Assembly (NCBI RefSeq): GCF_009914755.1
Contig: NC_060927.1
Origin: the human T2T-CHM13v2.0 reference genome, Homo sapiens
Length of the DNA: 64,000 bases
Reading direction: 5' to 3' (one strand)
Shown: positions 40,676-54,045 of the stretch, piece after piece
Layout: each line of letters starts with the position of its first letter
How positions within the stretch are numbered: position 1 is the first letter of the stretch
Position numbers and translations under genes: made by a program
Notes under the pieces: model-generated
Database searches by the model: none
Seen by the model: only the letters and a program-made list of their open reading frames with translations
Told to the model about the DNA's origin: nothing

Positions 40676-42349
40676 AACATAAGTTTTACAATTAATAGAG
40701 TGAAACATGAAAATAGATTTTTCCCTTATTTTCAGTTCACACATATCATGACCAGTTAGCTTGTATTTGTTTTTTTTGCTGTTGTTTTATAACATGCTTT
40801 TATGTAGTTTATCTAATTAAATCCTCGTAGCAAATTTAAAATAGGTTAGGTAGATTATGCTTAACCAATTCTGTATTAGAGGAAAGGCAAGCATGGGGTA
40901 GCCTAAGTTTGCTGGGAGTACCCAGCAAAGCCAGTGGTAACGTTTACCATGGATTTCAGATCCTCCAATATTTGGTGACTTCCACTTTCCACTTCTTCTA
41001 TAATCCTCATGTTAATATTCATTCCCCTCTTCATGATTTAACACTATATACAATTCCCAGGAGGAAAATGTGGTAGAAATCTATTTTTCCTTGCTTTGCC
41101 ACACTACAACTACAAAAGGTGCAATTATATTCATCCTAATTTATCCATGTAAGTATAAGCATTCTAGAGGAGGAATAAAAACAAAGTTAGTTGTATTAAT
41201 AAAGCATTATTATACATCTGGCAGTAGCTTACATCTTATATGTATATATTTTTAAATTTTGTTCTGGCTTTTTAGTGACCTAAGGACAAGAATGTTGTAT
41301 TAACCACATAGGCAGTTTGAGTTTAGTCTCAACCTAGACTTTTATTTTCTGCTGTTAGTTTTACTACTAGCATAATACTCAACTGTTTGACTTTTCCTCA
41401 TATATAACTTCAGTGATCTATTTCATCATGGTTAACGTTAAATAAGTATCTGTAGGTATACAGATGTTTCCTCAAGGAGAGAATGATGATGATGGTGATG
41501 ATTATAATCTTTTTGAAATATATATTGCATTAAAGCATTTTTCCTAATAATCCTTTTACGAACTATCTCATAGATGCATTTCAGCAGAGAATCTCTGGAC
41601 TGATGGAGAGACACTTTTATCTGTAGAACAATAGTGACTTCTGTTATTAGGAGCAATTGCTAAGCAGCTAAAACAGATGCTTTTGTACCAATTGTGCATA
41701 ACTAAATGCTGATCACATAATACAGTGTTCTTGTAGCCAAGCAACAGTAAATAAAATGGTCCCTATCTTTTCTCTCTAAGAAACATTCTTTAAGAGGGAA
41801 AGGAAAAAATAAAGTCAATTTGAGGAAGCCAGAAACAAGCATTCCAACTGGCAACTGAGGGAAAAAATTTAAATGTTAGAATATGCACACATATATTTCT
41901 ACCTGGCTAGACCATTTTTAGGTTGTCTATTTAAGTGGCCTAAGAGACAGTAACTATTCTATAAAATGTGTGGAGTGGGGCAGAAAGGTTAAGGACCCTC
42001 CGACCCTGATTTTCTCCCTCTTTGAGCATTGGCATTCAACATGAAGGAAGGAACAAGTCAAGCCACAGAGAGGTGAATGCACTGGAGGAAAGCTTCAGGA
42101 AGGGTTGTATGTATACAATGTATAGGTTAGTTTCCATCTTTTAAAAAGCTTATAAAAATGATATAAGAAAATGATAATACATTTTTAAAAAGAAAAATTT
42201 TAAACACAATCTCACCATACTAATGTTTTTTAATGTATTTTTTAACCTAGTGACCTCGCTAGCCCCAGGCACATGTAGTGTATTGTTCATCTCTGGCAGG
42301 TTTTTATTAAGTTCTTTAAATTATCTTGGTCATTTAATAAACATTACTG

Positions 42350-42490
42350 TTTTAAATTTCAGGATCTCTATGACAACACTAAAATTTTATAGTAACTGCC
42401 TTTTTACCACTGTTCAATATCCCCAGTGACTATCAAAATGCCTGACATGTAGTAGGTGCTTAATAGGTTCATTGAATGAATTAATGAACG
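42350..42490 (+). mobile_element. L2 3' end
   Basis: tatccccagtgactatcaaaatgcctgacatgtagtaggtgcttaata..ttgaatgaattaatgaa. Confidence 0.6.
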
Positions 42491-42561
42491 CTATAGCCTC
42501 TTGTTCAAACTATTCGCTTTCCAAGATTCTCTTCCTTTCCCCTTCCTTCCCTCCCAAACTG

Positions 42562-43800
42562 ATTTTTTTTAAACTGAGATATAATTTATATGCGATAAAA
42601 TTTACCATTTTGAAAGTATACAATTCAATTATTTTTAGTATAGTTCCAAAATGGTGCAAACATCACCACCATCTAGTTCTAGGATATTTTTATCCCCTCC
42701 AAAAAAATTCCATAGCCATTTGCAATTTTTCCCCACTCTCACCTCCCTCCAACTCCAGGCAACCACTAATCTATAGATTTATGGATTTACTTAGTTTGGA
42801 TATTTCATATAAACGGAATCATACAATATGTGTCCTTCTTTTGCCTGGCTTCTTCACTTAGCATAGTGTTTCTAGGGTTTACCTCCATTGTTGCATGTGT
42901 CAGAATTTCATTCTTTTTCATGGCTGAATAACATTACATCGTGTGAGTATACCACATTTTGTTTATCCATTCATCAGTTGGTAGACATTTTATTTGATCA
43001 CCAGTTGATGATCATTTGGGCTGTTTCTAATTTATGGCTATTATGAATAACACTGCCATGAACGTTTGTGTACAAATTTTTTTGTGAGCATTTGTTTCTA
43101 ATTTTCTTGGGTAGATGCCTAGTTGTAAAAATGCTAGGTCATGTGATTACTCTGCTTAACTGCCTGAGGAGCAGACAAACTGCTTTCTGCAGTGGCCACA
43201 TTATTTACAGTCCCATCAGCAATGTATGAATGTTCCCAAATCTCTACTTCATCAACACTTATTGTCCACTTAAAAAAATTGTATCCATTATAGTGGATGT
43301 GAGGTGATATCTATTGTACTTTTGATTTACATTTTCTGAATGACTAATAATGTTGTGTATCTTTTTATGTACCTATGGGTCAGTTGCATACTTTATTTGG
43401 AGAAATGTCTATTCAAATTCTGTGCTCATTTTAAAAATTAGGTTTTTTGTCTTTTTAATCATAAGTTGTAAATATTCTTTATATATTTTGGACACTGGAC
43501 CCTTATCAGATATATGACTTGCAAATATTTTCTCCCATTCTATAGGTTGTCTTTTCACTTTCTTTATAGTATCCCTCAATGCACAGAAGGTTTAAATTTT
43601 GGATATGTTCAGTTTATCTTTTTTTTTTTTTTGCTTTGGTGTCTTGTGTTTTTGGTGTCAGGTCTAAGAAACCATTGCATAGTCCAAGTTCACAGAGATT
43701 TACATTTATATTTTCTTCCAAGAGCTTTATAGTTTTTACTCTTATATTTAAATCTTTAATCCATTTTGAGTTAAGTTTTGCATAAGGTAGGGGTTCAAAT
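42562..43800 (-). mobile_element. L1MB 3' portion (3'UTR plus end of ORF2)
   Basis: tgagatataatttatatgcgataaaatttaccattttgaaagtatacaattc..., caggcaaccactaatcta, tttggagaaatgtctattcaaat, ccattttgagttaagttttgcata. Confidence 0.85.
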
Positions 43801-45577
43801 TATTTTGCAAGTTTAGGTCCAGGCAACCATAGTAATGTGAATATCACAATAAAGCTAATCATGCTAATTTTTTGGTTTCTCAGTACATATAAAAGTTATT
43901 TTATTTCGTCCACTGAAGTCTTGAACCCCTCAAAGTCGTTGATGAGGGTTGTAATCAACCTTTTCCAGATTCTTATTAATGTTGATATTTTGACCTTTTC
44001 TCATGAATCACGAATGTTCTTAATGGCATCTGGAATGTGAATACTTTCCAGAAGGTCTTAAAGTTACTTTGCCCAGATTCCTCGGAAGGATCATTATCAC
44101 TGGCAGCATAATAAGTCTTAAAAGTCAAAATTTCTCCTCGATCCATCGACTGCAGAATGGATGGTGTGTTAGCAGGCAAGAAAATGACATTAATATCCTT
44201 GTACATTTTATTTTTGGAGCTCATGGGTGACCAGGTGAATTGTTAATAAGGAGTAATATTTTGAAAGAAATCTTTTTTTTTTCTGAGTAGTATGTTGCCA
44301 TAGTGGGCTTAAAATATTCAGTAAACCCAATTGTAAACAGATTGCTGTCAACAAGGCTTTGTTGTTTCATTTCTAGAACATAGGCGTAGATTTAGCATAA
44401 TTCTTAAGGGCTCTAGGATTTGTGGAATGGCAAATGAGCACTGGCTCCAACTTAAAAGTCACCAGCTTTATTAGCCCCTCCTGAGAAACTCAGTCTGTTG
44501 TTTGAAGCTTTGAATCCAGGCATTGACTTCTCTTCTCTAGCTATGAGAGTCCTAAATGGCATCTTTTTCTAAAAGAAGGCTGTTTTATCTATATTGAAAA
44601 ATCTCGTTTAGTGTAGCAACCTTCAGCAAAATCTTAGCTATATCTTCTGGATAACTTGCTGCAGCTTCTATGTCAGCATTTGCTGCTTCACCTGACACTT
44701 TTATGTTATGGAAACATCTTCTTTCTTTAAACCTCATGAACCAACCTCTACTGGCTTCCACCTTTTCTCCTGCAATTTTTTTCACCTTTCTCAGCCTTCG
44801 TAGAATTGAAGGGAGTTAGAGCCTTGCTCTGGATTGGGCTTTGGCTTGAAGGAATGTTATGGGTGGTTTGATCTTATATCCAAATCACTAAAATGTTCTT
44901 CATATCAGCAATAAGGTTGTTTCATTTTCTTATCATTTGCATGTTCACCAGAGCAGCACTTTAAATTTCCTTCAAAAACTTTTCCTTTGCATTCTTAACT
45001 TAGCCGTTTGGCATAAGAGGCTTAGCTTTTAGTCTGTCTTTGCTTTTGACTTGCCTTCCTCATTAAACTTAATCATTTCTAGCTTTTGATTTAAGGTGAG
45101 AGACATGAGGCTCTTCCTTTCACTTAAATGTTTAATCCTACATTCACTTAAATGTAGGATTATTAGTTGGCCCAATTTCAATATTGCTGGGTCTCAGGGG
45201 ATATGGAGGCCTGAGGAAAGGAAAAGAAAAAGGGGAACAACAAGTCAATAGAGTGATTGGAACACACATACCACATTTGTTGATGAAATTCACCACCTTA
45301 TATGGGCATAGTTTGTGTTGCTCCAAAACAATTACAATAGTAACATTAAAGATCACTGATCACAGATCACTGTAACAGATATAATAATAATGAAAAAGTT
45401 TGAAATATTATGAGAATTAACAAAATGTGACACAATGTGAGCACATGTAGTTGAAAAACTAACACCCATAGACTTGCTTGACGCAGGGTTGCCATGAATC
45501 TTCAATCTTCAATTTGTAAAAAATACAGTATCTGTGAAGCACAATAAAGCAAAATGCAATAAAGCAAGGTATGACTG
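43801..45577 (-). mobile_element. Tigger1 DNA transposon, internally deleted, with transposase remnants
   Basis: 5' TIR (reverse complement ...aataaagcaaggtatgactg plus ta); ORF remnants [30 protein letters not shown] (CENP-B-type HTH) and [18 protein letters not shown] (DDE domain). Confidence 0.92.
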
Positions 45578-45975
45578 TATATCCGGTGGTTCCAGTATTT
45601 GTTGAAATAAACTATGTTTTTCTACTGCATTCATGGCTTTTCTCCCTGAATCTGCCAAATAGAATTTCCTCAAGTATGGCTCTTTATGATTTACAGCATT
45701 AATGTGGATGAACAATTTGTTTTTTATTTTCATGGTTACATATTTCTTTTAAAAAATATCTTTCACATTTTATGCCTGGTTTCCTATTTATGATAAAAAC
45801 AATTATGCAAGTAAAACTAATGTTGTTTTAAAGAAAAAATATTAGGAAAACCATAATATAGGAGGTACTTAGACTGGCAAATATAATGACAGTGAGGTAG
45901 GGATAAGAAAACTGTGGAAAATGCTGTTTGGTAGGTTGCAATCAACTAATCTTTAGATTAGATATTAGGAGTTAA

Positions 45976-46897
45976 TACATTTTCTTCCATCCTCCCTCCC
46001 TCCCTCCCTTTCTTTATTCCTTCTTTCTTTCCTTCCTTCTTTCCTTCTTTTTTCCCTAAGGCACTAAGAAACCTAGAATATTAATATATAGGAACAGCTT
46101 TTGAGTTAGTAAATCTTTTTAATGATTTAAATTATCTATTAACTCTCTTTTAATTAATAAAAGCTACCAGTTTGTGAGTGTTTAAATGCCAAACAATTAT
46201 CTAGGCACTTCCTCAAAAATTTCTGCATTTAATTCATACTCAATTAACTTTCCTGAAGTCCCACGGCCAGAGAAAAGTACAACCGATTGTGAACCCAGAT
46301 TGATTTCACCTCTCAGCCAACACAATCTCCTTCATACCAGGCTACCTTTTACCTCTTCATCCACATGAATTAAAGCTTGAATGTAGAGGAATAGCTCTAC
46401 TAATCATAGCTCAGGCCATGTGAGTGCTAGAGGTCTGGGATGAAAATAGCTGGTGGGGTTCTCAGTCCCTTCTCAACACTGTTGAGAAAGCTTTTTGACC
46501 TGCAGTTTCCCTTCCTCCTTAACCATTTTCTCCCCTCACTTTTTTCTTCTGTTTTCTCTTCTGGAAGATAATTATGAATGAACATTTTATTGTTTTGTGA
46601 ATATTTGTAGTTACTTATCATTTACCAAGATCCATATTTGAAATAGAGCTATAGCAAATAAAGATTACATATTCATTGTTTTATTAGTGATTATAAAAAA
46701 TACATACCCTCAGGTTCTGACATTTCACCATAGTTTCATAAAATCGTACATCTTTCTTGCTTTCTCTCTCCTTTCCTCTCCTTCCCTCCCTCTCCCTCCC
46801 TCCCTCCCTCCCTTATTCCTTCTTTTCTTCTTTTCCCCCTAAGATACTAAGAAACCTAGAATATTAATCTATAGGAAGGAACAGCTTCTAAGTTAGT
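45976..46897. repeat. Dispersed direct repeat of about 135-150 bp (45976-46110 and 46747-46897)
   Basis: Each copy: tacat + CT-rich tract + ccctaag..actaagaaacctagaatattaat.tatagga..cagctt.t.agttagt. Confidence 0.85.
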
Positions 46898-46929
46898 TCT
46901 CATTTTCCTAAGAGGTAATGAGATGAACA

Positions 46930-47125
46930 TTGGCTTTTGAGTTTAAATCCTGAAACATTCCCACTAATTATTAAATTTTTCTGAGCATTTTTTTCATATA
47001 ATATAAGGTATAGAGTTTGCTAAACAGTGTTGTTTCGAAAATTAAATGGGATATATTTATAGTCCCTAGTGTTACAGGCATTATAAATGTGGCTGTACCC
47101 AACAAATGTTGCCATTATTAATTTT
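46930..47125 (+). mobile_element. MIR (a weaker antisense MIR lies at about 46160-46310)
   Basis: tgagtttaaatcctg...aaaattaaatgggatat...cccaacaaatgttgccattatta. Confidence 0.4.
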
Positions 47126-47685
47126 GCTGCATATCATATTATTTTTCATCATTGTCATTATTAAACCAAATATTTTGTTAAAAACTAGAATAATTTAGAT
47201 TCCATGCATGTTGAGAAACATGGGTGGTCTGGTGATTGTTAACTGGCTCCCAGTGCAGATTGTTAAGACTTTTTGATGAATGGAAACCCTCTAACTATTG
47301 TTGAGAATGTACAAAGATGGGAAGTGTGCTTGTGGCCATGAAAACATGCTGTGTTTTCCTTTTCATATCAAATGTGATCTTAATTAAGTCTGTTGGCAAC
47401 ACTGATTTATATTTTAATAACCAGAGATATATTAGCTAAAATAAGAGTAAAGAGTTAAGATTCTTAACTAATCTGTTTCTTAAAGTGCCTGGCTGGGTTT
47501 TGCACATTTTCTTTGGATTCAGTAATATACACTATGCAAGATTTACAATGATATTGGTATAGAAGGATTTCCAAACACCTTGCAAATCATTATCTTCTGA
47601 GTATAGACAGAGAAGGTGTAGATATTGTTTTGTCACTATAACCTGGCTTGCTATGTACCTTTATGATGATGTAAAATATACTAGT

Positions 47686-47915
47686 GCAGTTTTCAAACAT
47701 TTTGATCTGTTACATAGTAAATATTGCATTTTATATTGCTAGCTAGCACACACACATTCTTAGCTGGAAAAAAGCGCCAAATTTTACCTTTGCTATGTGC
47801 AATGACCTCCTATATTTTCTGATCTGTCTTATTCTATTTCATTTTATTAACTTATGCCATTAGTTTGATTTTATAACCCAGTAATGGGTTACAACCTGAA
47901 GTTTGATAAATATTT
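47686..47915. mobile_element. MER112-like hAT-Charlie
   Basis: cagttttcaaaca...tattttctgatctgtcttattctatttcattt...acccagtaatgggttacaacctgaagtttga. Confidence 0.5.
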
Positions 47916-47989
47916 TGTTTCAAGAAGTAACCACTTCACTTTGGCTCTCTACCAAAGTTTCAGATTAAGGAATTTTATGAAATACCTAG

Positions 47990-48401
<412 letters not shown>

Positions 48402-49477
48402 TAAAGACATTTTATTTACTTTATTTAAAATAAGAGTACAAAAGCATCCTGGAATTGTATTTATTCCCTTTAAGTACAATAAGAGATAATTCCACTGAAT
48501 GTATATTACGCTCTTTCATTTTTTTCCTCCACAGTTTCTACTATTTTCTACATTTCATAAGGTTTGCATTGCGTATGAACTTCTTAATGAGTGATTTGTA
48601 TTGGGTGTCATGTTTTAAATGTAAAAAGAGTAAATTATCACAATGAAAACGAAGGATGTCGAATGAAAGAGCAGACGGACAGAGCTTGATTGATGTTCGG
48701 AAGTTATTTTTGCTGTGAACTCCTGTCAGCCTAGAAATCATAAAACAGAAAGAAGGCTTGGTTCAGCTCACATGCCCTTAGGGGATGTATGGAAAAGAAT
48801 TTAAAATTCTGATAGAGTAACTTCAAAAATGTAACAGCTGAAATAATTTATTTCACTACAGAGCCACCAACTGAACTTTTACGTTGAAATGATTCTTTTT
48901 GAAGTTTCACATGGTAGCAGGAAGGCACAGTGGTCTCTGCACCTTGGTTGAAAATGCCCAGGCTGCTCAGTTATGCCTTCCTGCCGGAACCAAACTGTGG
49001 CCGCTGCTCTGGTTCTTCTGGCACTTTCTCACTGATCACTTCCTGAATAATGGGAGAAAACAACTGAAAGTCCATGATTTCACAAAAAGGGTGAAGGAGA
49101 AAAAAGTTGGGGATAATATGGGTGTTTTTCTTTTTTTATTTTAAAATGCTTCCAAATATTAATTTGGGGCATTGTGTGAAGGCAATGGAAAAAATATTGG
49201 GACTACTTAGTCCTTGAGTATTTTAATCCATAATGACTACTACCACATTTGACTAGCTAGATTGTGATATTTGAGCTGGCTGGATCTTAGAGTCATCTCA
49301 GAAGAAGAAATAGAAAAGAAAATGAGGCAGTGCCACTCTAGTTGGTGATACATGACATTTCTTTCTGTTCTCTTTTATTTTTATCAAGTTATACCTGGGC
49401 AGCCTGATGTGTTTGCTTTTTCTAGGTGACATTGAAATGATATCCACCAAGGAAAAAGAAAATCTGTCATCCCTGTA

Positions 49478-49775
49478 CAGTGTTTCTCAACCTGACTCCA
49501 TCTGTGATAGTTGTATGTTTAATCGTAGTTAACTAAAAATATGCAGAATAATGATGATGAGGCTAATACACCTTAAAATGAATTTCCACTGTATTAAAAC
49601 AACAACATGCATTTTATAAACATTTGTATCTACCTATGTATGGTTTATGTATTAGAGTGTATAACCTACCATATATCCAACCTATCAAATATATTCACAC
49701 ACTGGAATTCTAGATTCCTTACAAATCATTCCACATATCTACAGTGGTCTGTAACTCACCAGTTGAAAACCAGTA
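49478..49775. mobile_element. Possible hAT-Charlie non-autonomous element
   Basis: Charlie-type termini cagtgtttctcaac ... gttgaaaaccagt. Confidence 0.4.
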
Positions 49776-50739
49776 CTCTAAAATGTTAAAGATCACTATG
49801 CCAATCAGATGAGAAAAAGAAGCACCAGGAAATTCCTGAATAAATTGTTTAAATGGTCAAAACTATAAAATAAAAAGAGTGTGAATTTAAAAAAATGTAT
49901 TATCTAATTTGTCTGTATTGGTATCTATACCTTGAGACAAAATTTAACATTTTCCTGGTATCTACAGATTTTTTTTTTTCAAAGGAGATCCTTCTATCTT
50001 GCTTTGGTGTAAAGAAACAACAGAAAATATGCTGTTGCTATAAATAATATTTATAATTTTAATAATTTCCTATGCTAATTACCTAACTGTGCTCTATTAT
50101 TAAAAATTACTAAGGTAGATGATTGCACATGTAAAAAAAGACACAATGACAACCACAAAAACAAGGCTTCACATATATTTTCAGCAAAGGTGAAAGAACT
50201 AGAATTATACATTTTCAATTTGTTACTGAAAATTAATTTTATATATATATTTTAATATATAGGTATTTTTGTTCTTATGAAAAATAGTTTCATGATCAGA
50301 TACAGAATTTGAAACATGGAAAATTCTGCTTTGAGGTAGGGGTTAATATTGAATCATTTTATGGTTCATAGTTAACTACCATTTATTGAATGCTGAAAAG
50401 ATATAGTTAACTGAAAAGCATTCTTTAGTTAACAAGCTTTTACAATTGAGGGTAATTTTTGTCTCCTGCCAAAGAACAACGAGATTGAATTCTATGCTAA
50501 TGAAACTGTTTTTCAGTGGAGCATACAGTGATTTTCATAATCCTAGTCCTGGCTGGGATGTTGGGAAAGTGGCACATAGCCAGAATAATTAAAATGGGAT
50601 TTAAGGCCATATTTTGGAAGGCTTTCATTTTTCAAAATGGTATGTTTGTGACTGAAGTTACTTCTGAAGTCTCAAAAATTTCAGACCTGAAAGTAAACTT
50701 GGTGTCAAGGAAAGTCTTGACCTTTAATTTAAATTGCAA

Positions 50740-50925
50740 CCAACTTTGCTCCTTCTAGCTTTCTGATCTTGAGCAATTTGCCTAACTTCTCTGAGATTCA
50801 ACTTCCTTAATTGTAAAATAATGTAATATTTATCTTGCAAGGTTGTTAAGAAGGTCCTTATAATCTCTCAATCACCTGTCACGATGTACTCAATAAACCA
50901 TAGTTGCTATTATTATCATTAGTAT
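50740..50925 (+). mobile_element. MIR
   Basis: ctagctttctgatcttgagcaatttgcctaacttctctgagattcaacttccttaattgtaaaat...ctcaataaa. Confidence 0.65.
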
Positions 50926-52769
50926 TATCACCAGTATAATCAAATAGTTATTATTTCTATGTGATTTAGCAGATGATCTTTTATACTCAAAGTAAACTCC
51001 TTTCTAATGGAGCCGTCAGGTTAAATATGGCCAATACAAGCTAAATGAATGGGGCTTTGAATACATCTATTTGATGAACCCATGATTATGAAATGGAAAT
51101 GCTAAATCTGCCTCAATTTCTCTGGTGATAGGACAGATGAGATTCTTGAGGGACCCAGATTGTCACGTGTATAAGTTATTTGCTCACCTTTATGAACAGT
51201 CCTTTTTCAAATGAATATTGCTCCTTTGGTAATTGTATACTAGATTGTAAAATGTCTTTACATCCCTCTGAATAATTCTTCCTTAAAATGGTCAGACACA
51301 GTATTGATTTTTCCTGGGGTATTCCTTTGCCTTGACCCAGCTCACAATGCACTATCCATTGGACAAAATAAAGCATTTCCTTTATATGAAGAAAAGAGAA
51401 GGGTAGGTAGAGACAAAGGAAAGTCTGTCTGGAAAAATCTTTGTACTTTGATGGGCTTTGTATGGAAAAAAAGAAATCAAAGCTTAGGGCAGAGAACTTG
51501 GACGTGGTAGGTGTAGGTCTCTCCACAAGATGGCACTCATTCTCCCTCTTCTTTTTTCAATTGCCAAAAATAAATTTTGTCACTTTTTATTTTTTACTCA
51601 GTCACAGAACAAATATGTTGTTAGTTTGTGTATCAAATATACCTGGTTTCACATATTTTTTAAGTGTTCGATCATGTTTCTGACTCTTAGTAGTAATGAG
51701 TGTATTTTACCTCCTGTAAGTCTCTGTCGGTGAGTACACTGTTTTGGGAGGAAACACTCACCCCTACTCCCAGTCACAAATCTAACAAAACTTAAATTAA
51801 TCTTCTAAAAATTTTCTGTTAAAATCTCCAAACAAAACTGAAGATTAACTGAAAAGAACCAGAATGTCTCCATTGTTGTTTTTATCATTATTTTAAAATT
51901 TAAGTGGACATGCCTTTCAATTTTAGGGAAAATCTCTATGATACTTCCAATACTTCCATTTTGATGTAAGAAGCAAGTTTACCTCCAAAGGGCCTTGGGT
52001 CTTCTTACCCTTGTTAGTGATACGAGATGTCACAACTCTCTTCTAGTCACTGGAAGTTAATGTCAATTGGAGTCTTTATAATCATTTAATTTTTCTTAAT
52101 ACAGAAAAAATTGATCTATCAAATGATTTTTAAGTTCATATGCAAAAGTAATGTATGTTACTTATTAAAACATTAAAGAAAAAATGTTAGGCTACTGTGA
52201 GTTCACTAAAAACAGGAATTTGATAAATGGTAAGTAAATACATAAATTTAATTGATAATTTTGCACTTATATTTTTATATCACATTATATTTTCTAGTTA
52301 CTTTTCTTTCCAAATACTTAGAAGGTAAAGAATGTATGTGGACAAAATTATAGCCTACTTGATTTGTTAATGTGATGATAAAGATCTATTTAAAAATTCT
52401 GGTTATACCATGGTTTCCAGGGTCTAGATTTTCTTTTAGCCCACTTCAGAGTCAGACTTTAGAATATTTATCATTTCTGTAAAACAGATTCCTGAAAGTT
52501 AAGGTCTTTCATACCTTCATCATAACAGTTATTATTATGGAATCTTTGCCTCACTTTTCAGAATGCTAACAGTGTTGGACGCTAATATTACAGAATGCTT
52601 GCCACCCTATCGTGAAAGTCACCCTTTGAAAGCAGGAGGAAAAAAGAAAAATCTAGAGAAGGCCCTAAGAAGACAAAAGAATTATTGTAGTAAGAAAACT
52701 AAGACTTATCAGAATATTCATAGGAAAGCAAGGCTACGGCTTGAATGATTTGATAAAAATAACCACTAC

Positions 52770-52995
52770 TGCCATAATAACTTGTTATGGGTTACATGCT
52801 ACACCAAGCAATTCAGAATTATTAGATCCTTTACATTCCTAACATTCCTAATGAAACAAAAAACATTATCCCCTTTGTTAACACACAGGATAGCTGAGAA
52901 TCAGAAAGGCTAAGTGGCTTGGATTTGGAGGCAGGATTTAAACCCAGGTGTGTCTTGTTCCAAAGCCTGTGCCTTGAACCATTATATACCCCTGC
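52770..52995 (-). mobile_element. MIR
   Basis: agctgagaatcagaaaggctaagtggctt..gcaggatttaaacccagg..tccaaagcctgtgccttgaacca. Confidence 0.65.
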
Positions 52996-53960
52996 TTCCC
53001 TGACTTGTAAAGACATTGAATATTGGAATTTGGTTACTGGCTTCTAAGATAAGCAATATCTTTACATGAATGTAGATTGGTTATTGCATCTTTTCCAATT
53101 TTAAAGGAATTGAGAAGACACATTTTCAACAAACTCAAGAGATTTTGATTTGATGAAGGGAAGAAGTTTTTGATTCTCAGGCTGTGGAAATAGTGAAAAG
53201 AAACAAACAAAAAGGATTATGTGGACTCTAAAAGGGGTGTCTTCAAGAAACAAGTAGTCAAAACTACCTTTTTAAATTATGTGGGTCAATCACCCAAACG
53301 AACATAAGGAGCTGCACACAGGTATAGCCTCCTTTTAGACATTTTTATTATGATTTAAACACCTTTATGTGAAACATATTTCATACATATTGAACTCAGT
53401 CAACATCACTTCACATTCACTTCGTATCTCTGTCTGTATATCCCTAGACCTTTAAGGAGTTTTTCTTACTTGTTGTAACTTTTCTCATTAACTGTTTTTG
53501 TGCATTCTCATCAAACTAGGCACCTAACCTACTTTCATTTGTTATAGCTACGTAGAAGTTTCTTCTGTTGTTGTGTCTTAGTTTACCTGGATATTTCTGT
53601 GCTGTTGGGTATTTACATTTTTCCTGCTTTTTTCTCTATTATGAGTAAATTTTTTTAAGGGGGGAGTGGGTACATGTTGGTTCTCTTTGAAATAAAATCC
53701 CTAAAGTGAAATTATTATATAAAATAATACTAATAGCTTTTCAACTCTTGTTAAATATTTCCAGATTGCCTTTTAGAAAGAACAAACAACTTTTTAATGA
53801 CTTCAGTAATAGAGAAATCATAGATCCCAAACTCAAATTCCGAATAAATGGGCTTTTCCTAGTTTTCCAAACTGGCAAAATAAGTGAGTGTAACTGACTA
53901 GGTGTTTGACAACAGATGGTAGTGGGAGCAACAACAACCTGGAGGGCCAGGCACCAGAGA

Positions 53961-54012
53961 AAGGGGGCAGCAGCCTCTGCAAAGTGAAGGGGGCAGCAGC
54001 CTCTGCAAAGTG
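53961..54012. repeat. Perfect 26-bp tandem duplication
   Basis: aagggggcagcagcctctgcaaagtg occurs twice. Confidence 0.95.
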
Positions 54013-54045
54013 CTGCCTGACTGTTGCTTTGGTTATGTCAGTGTG

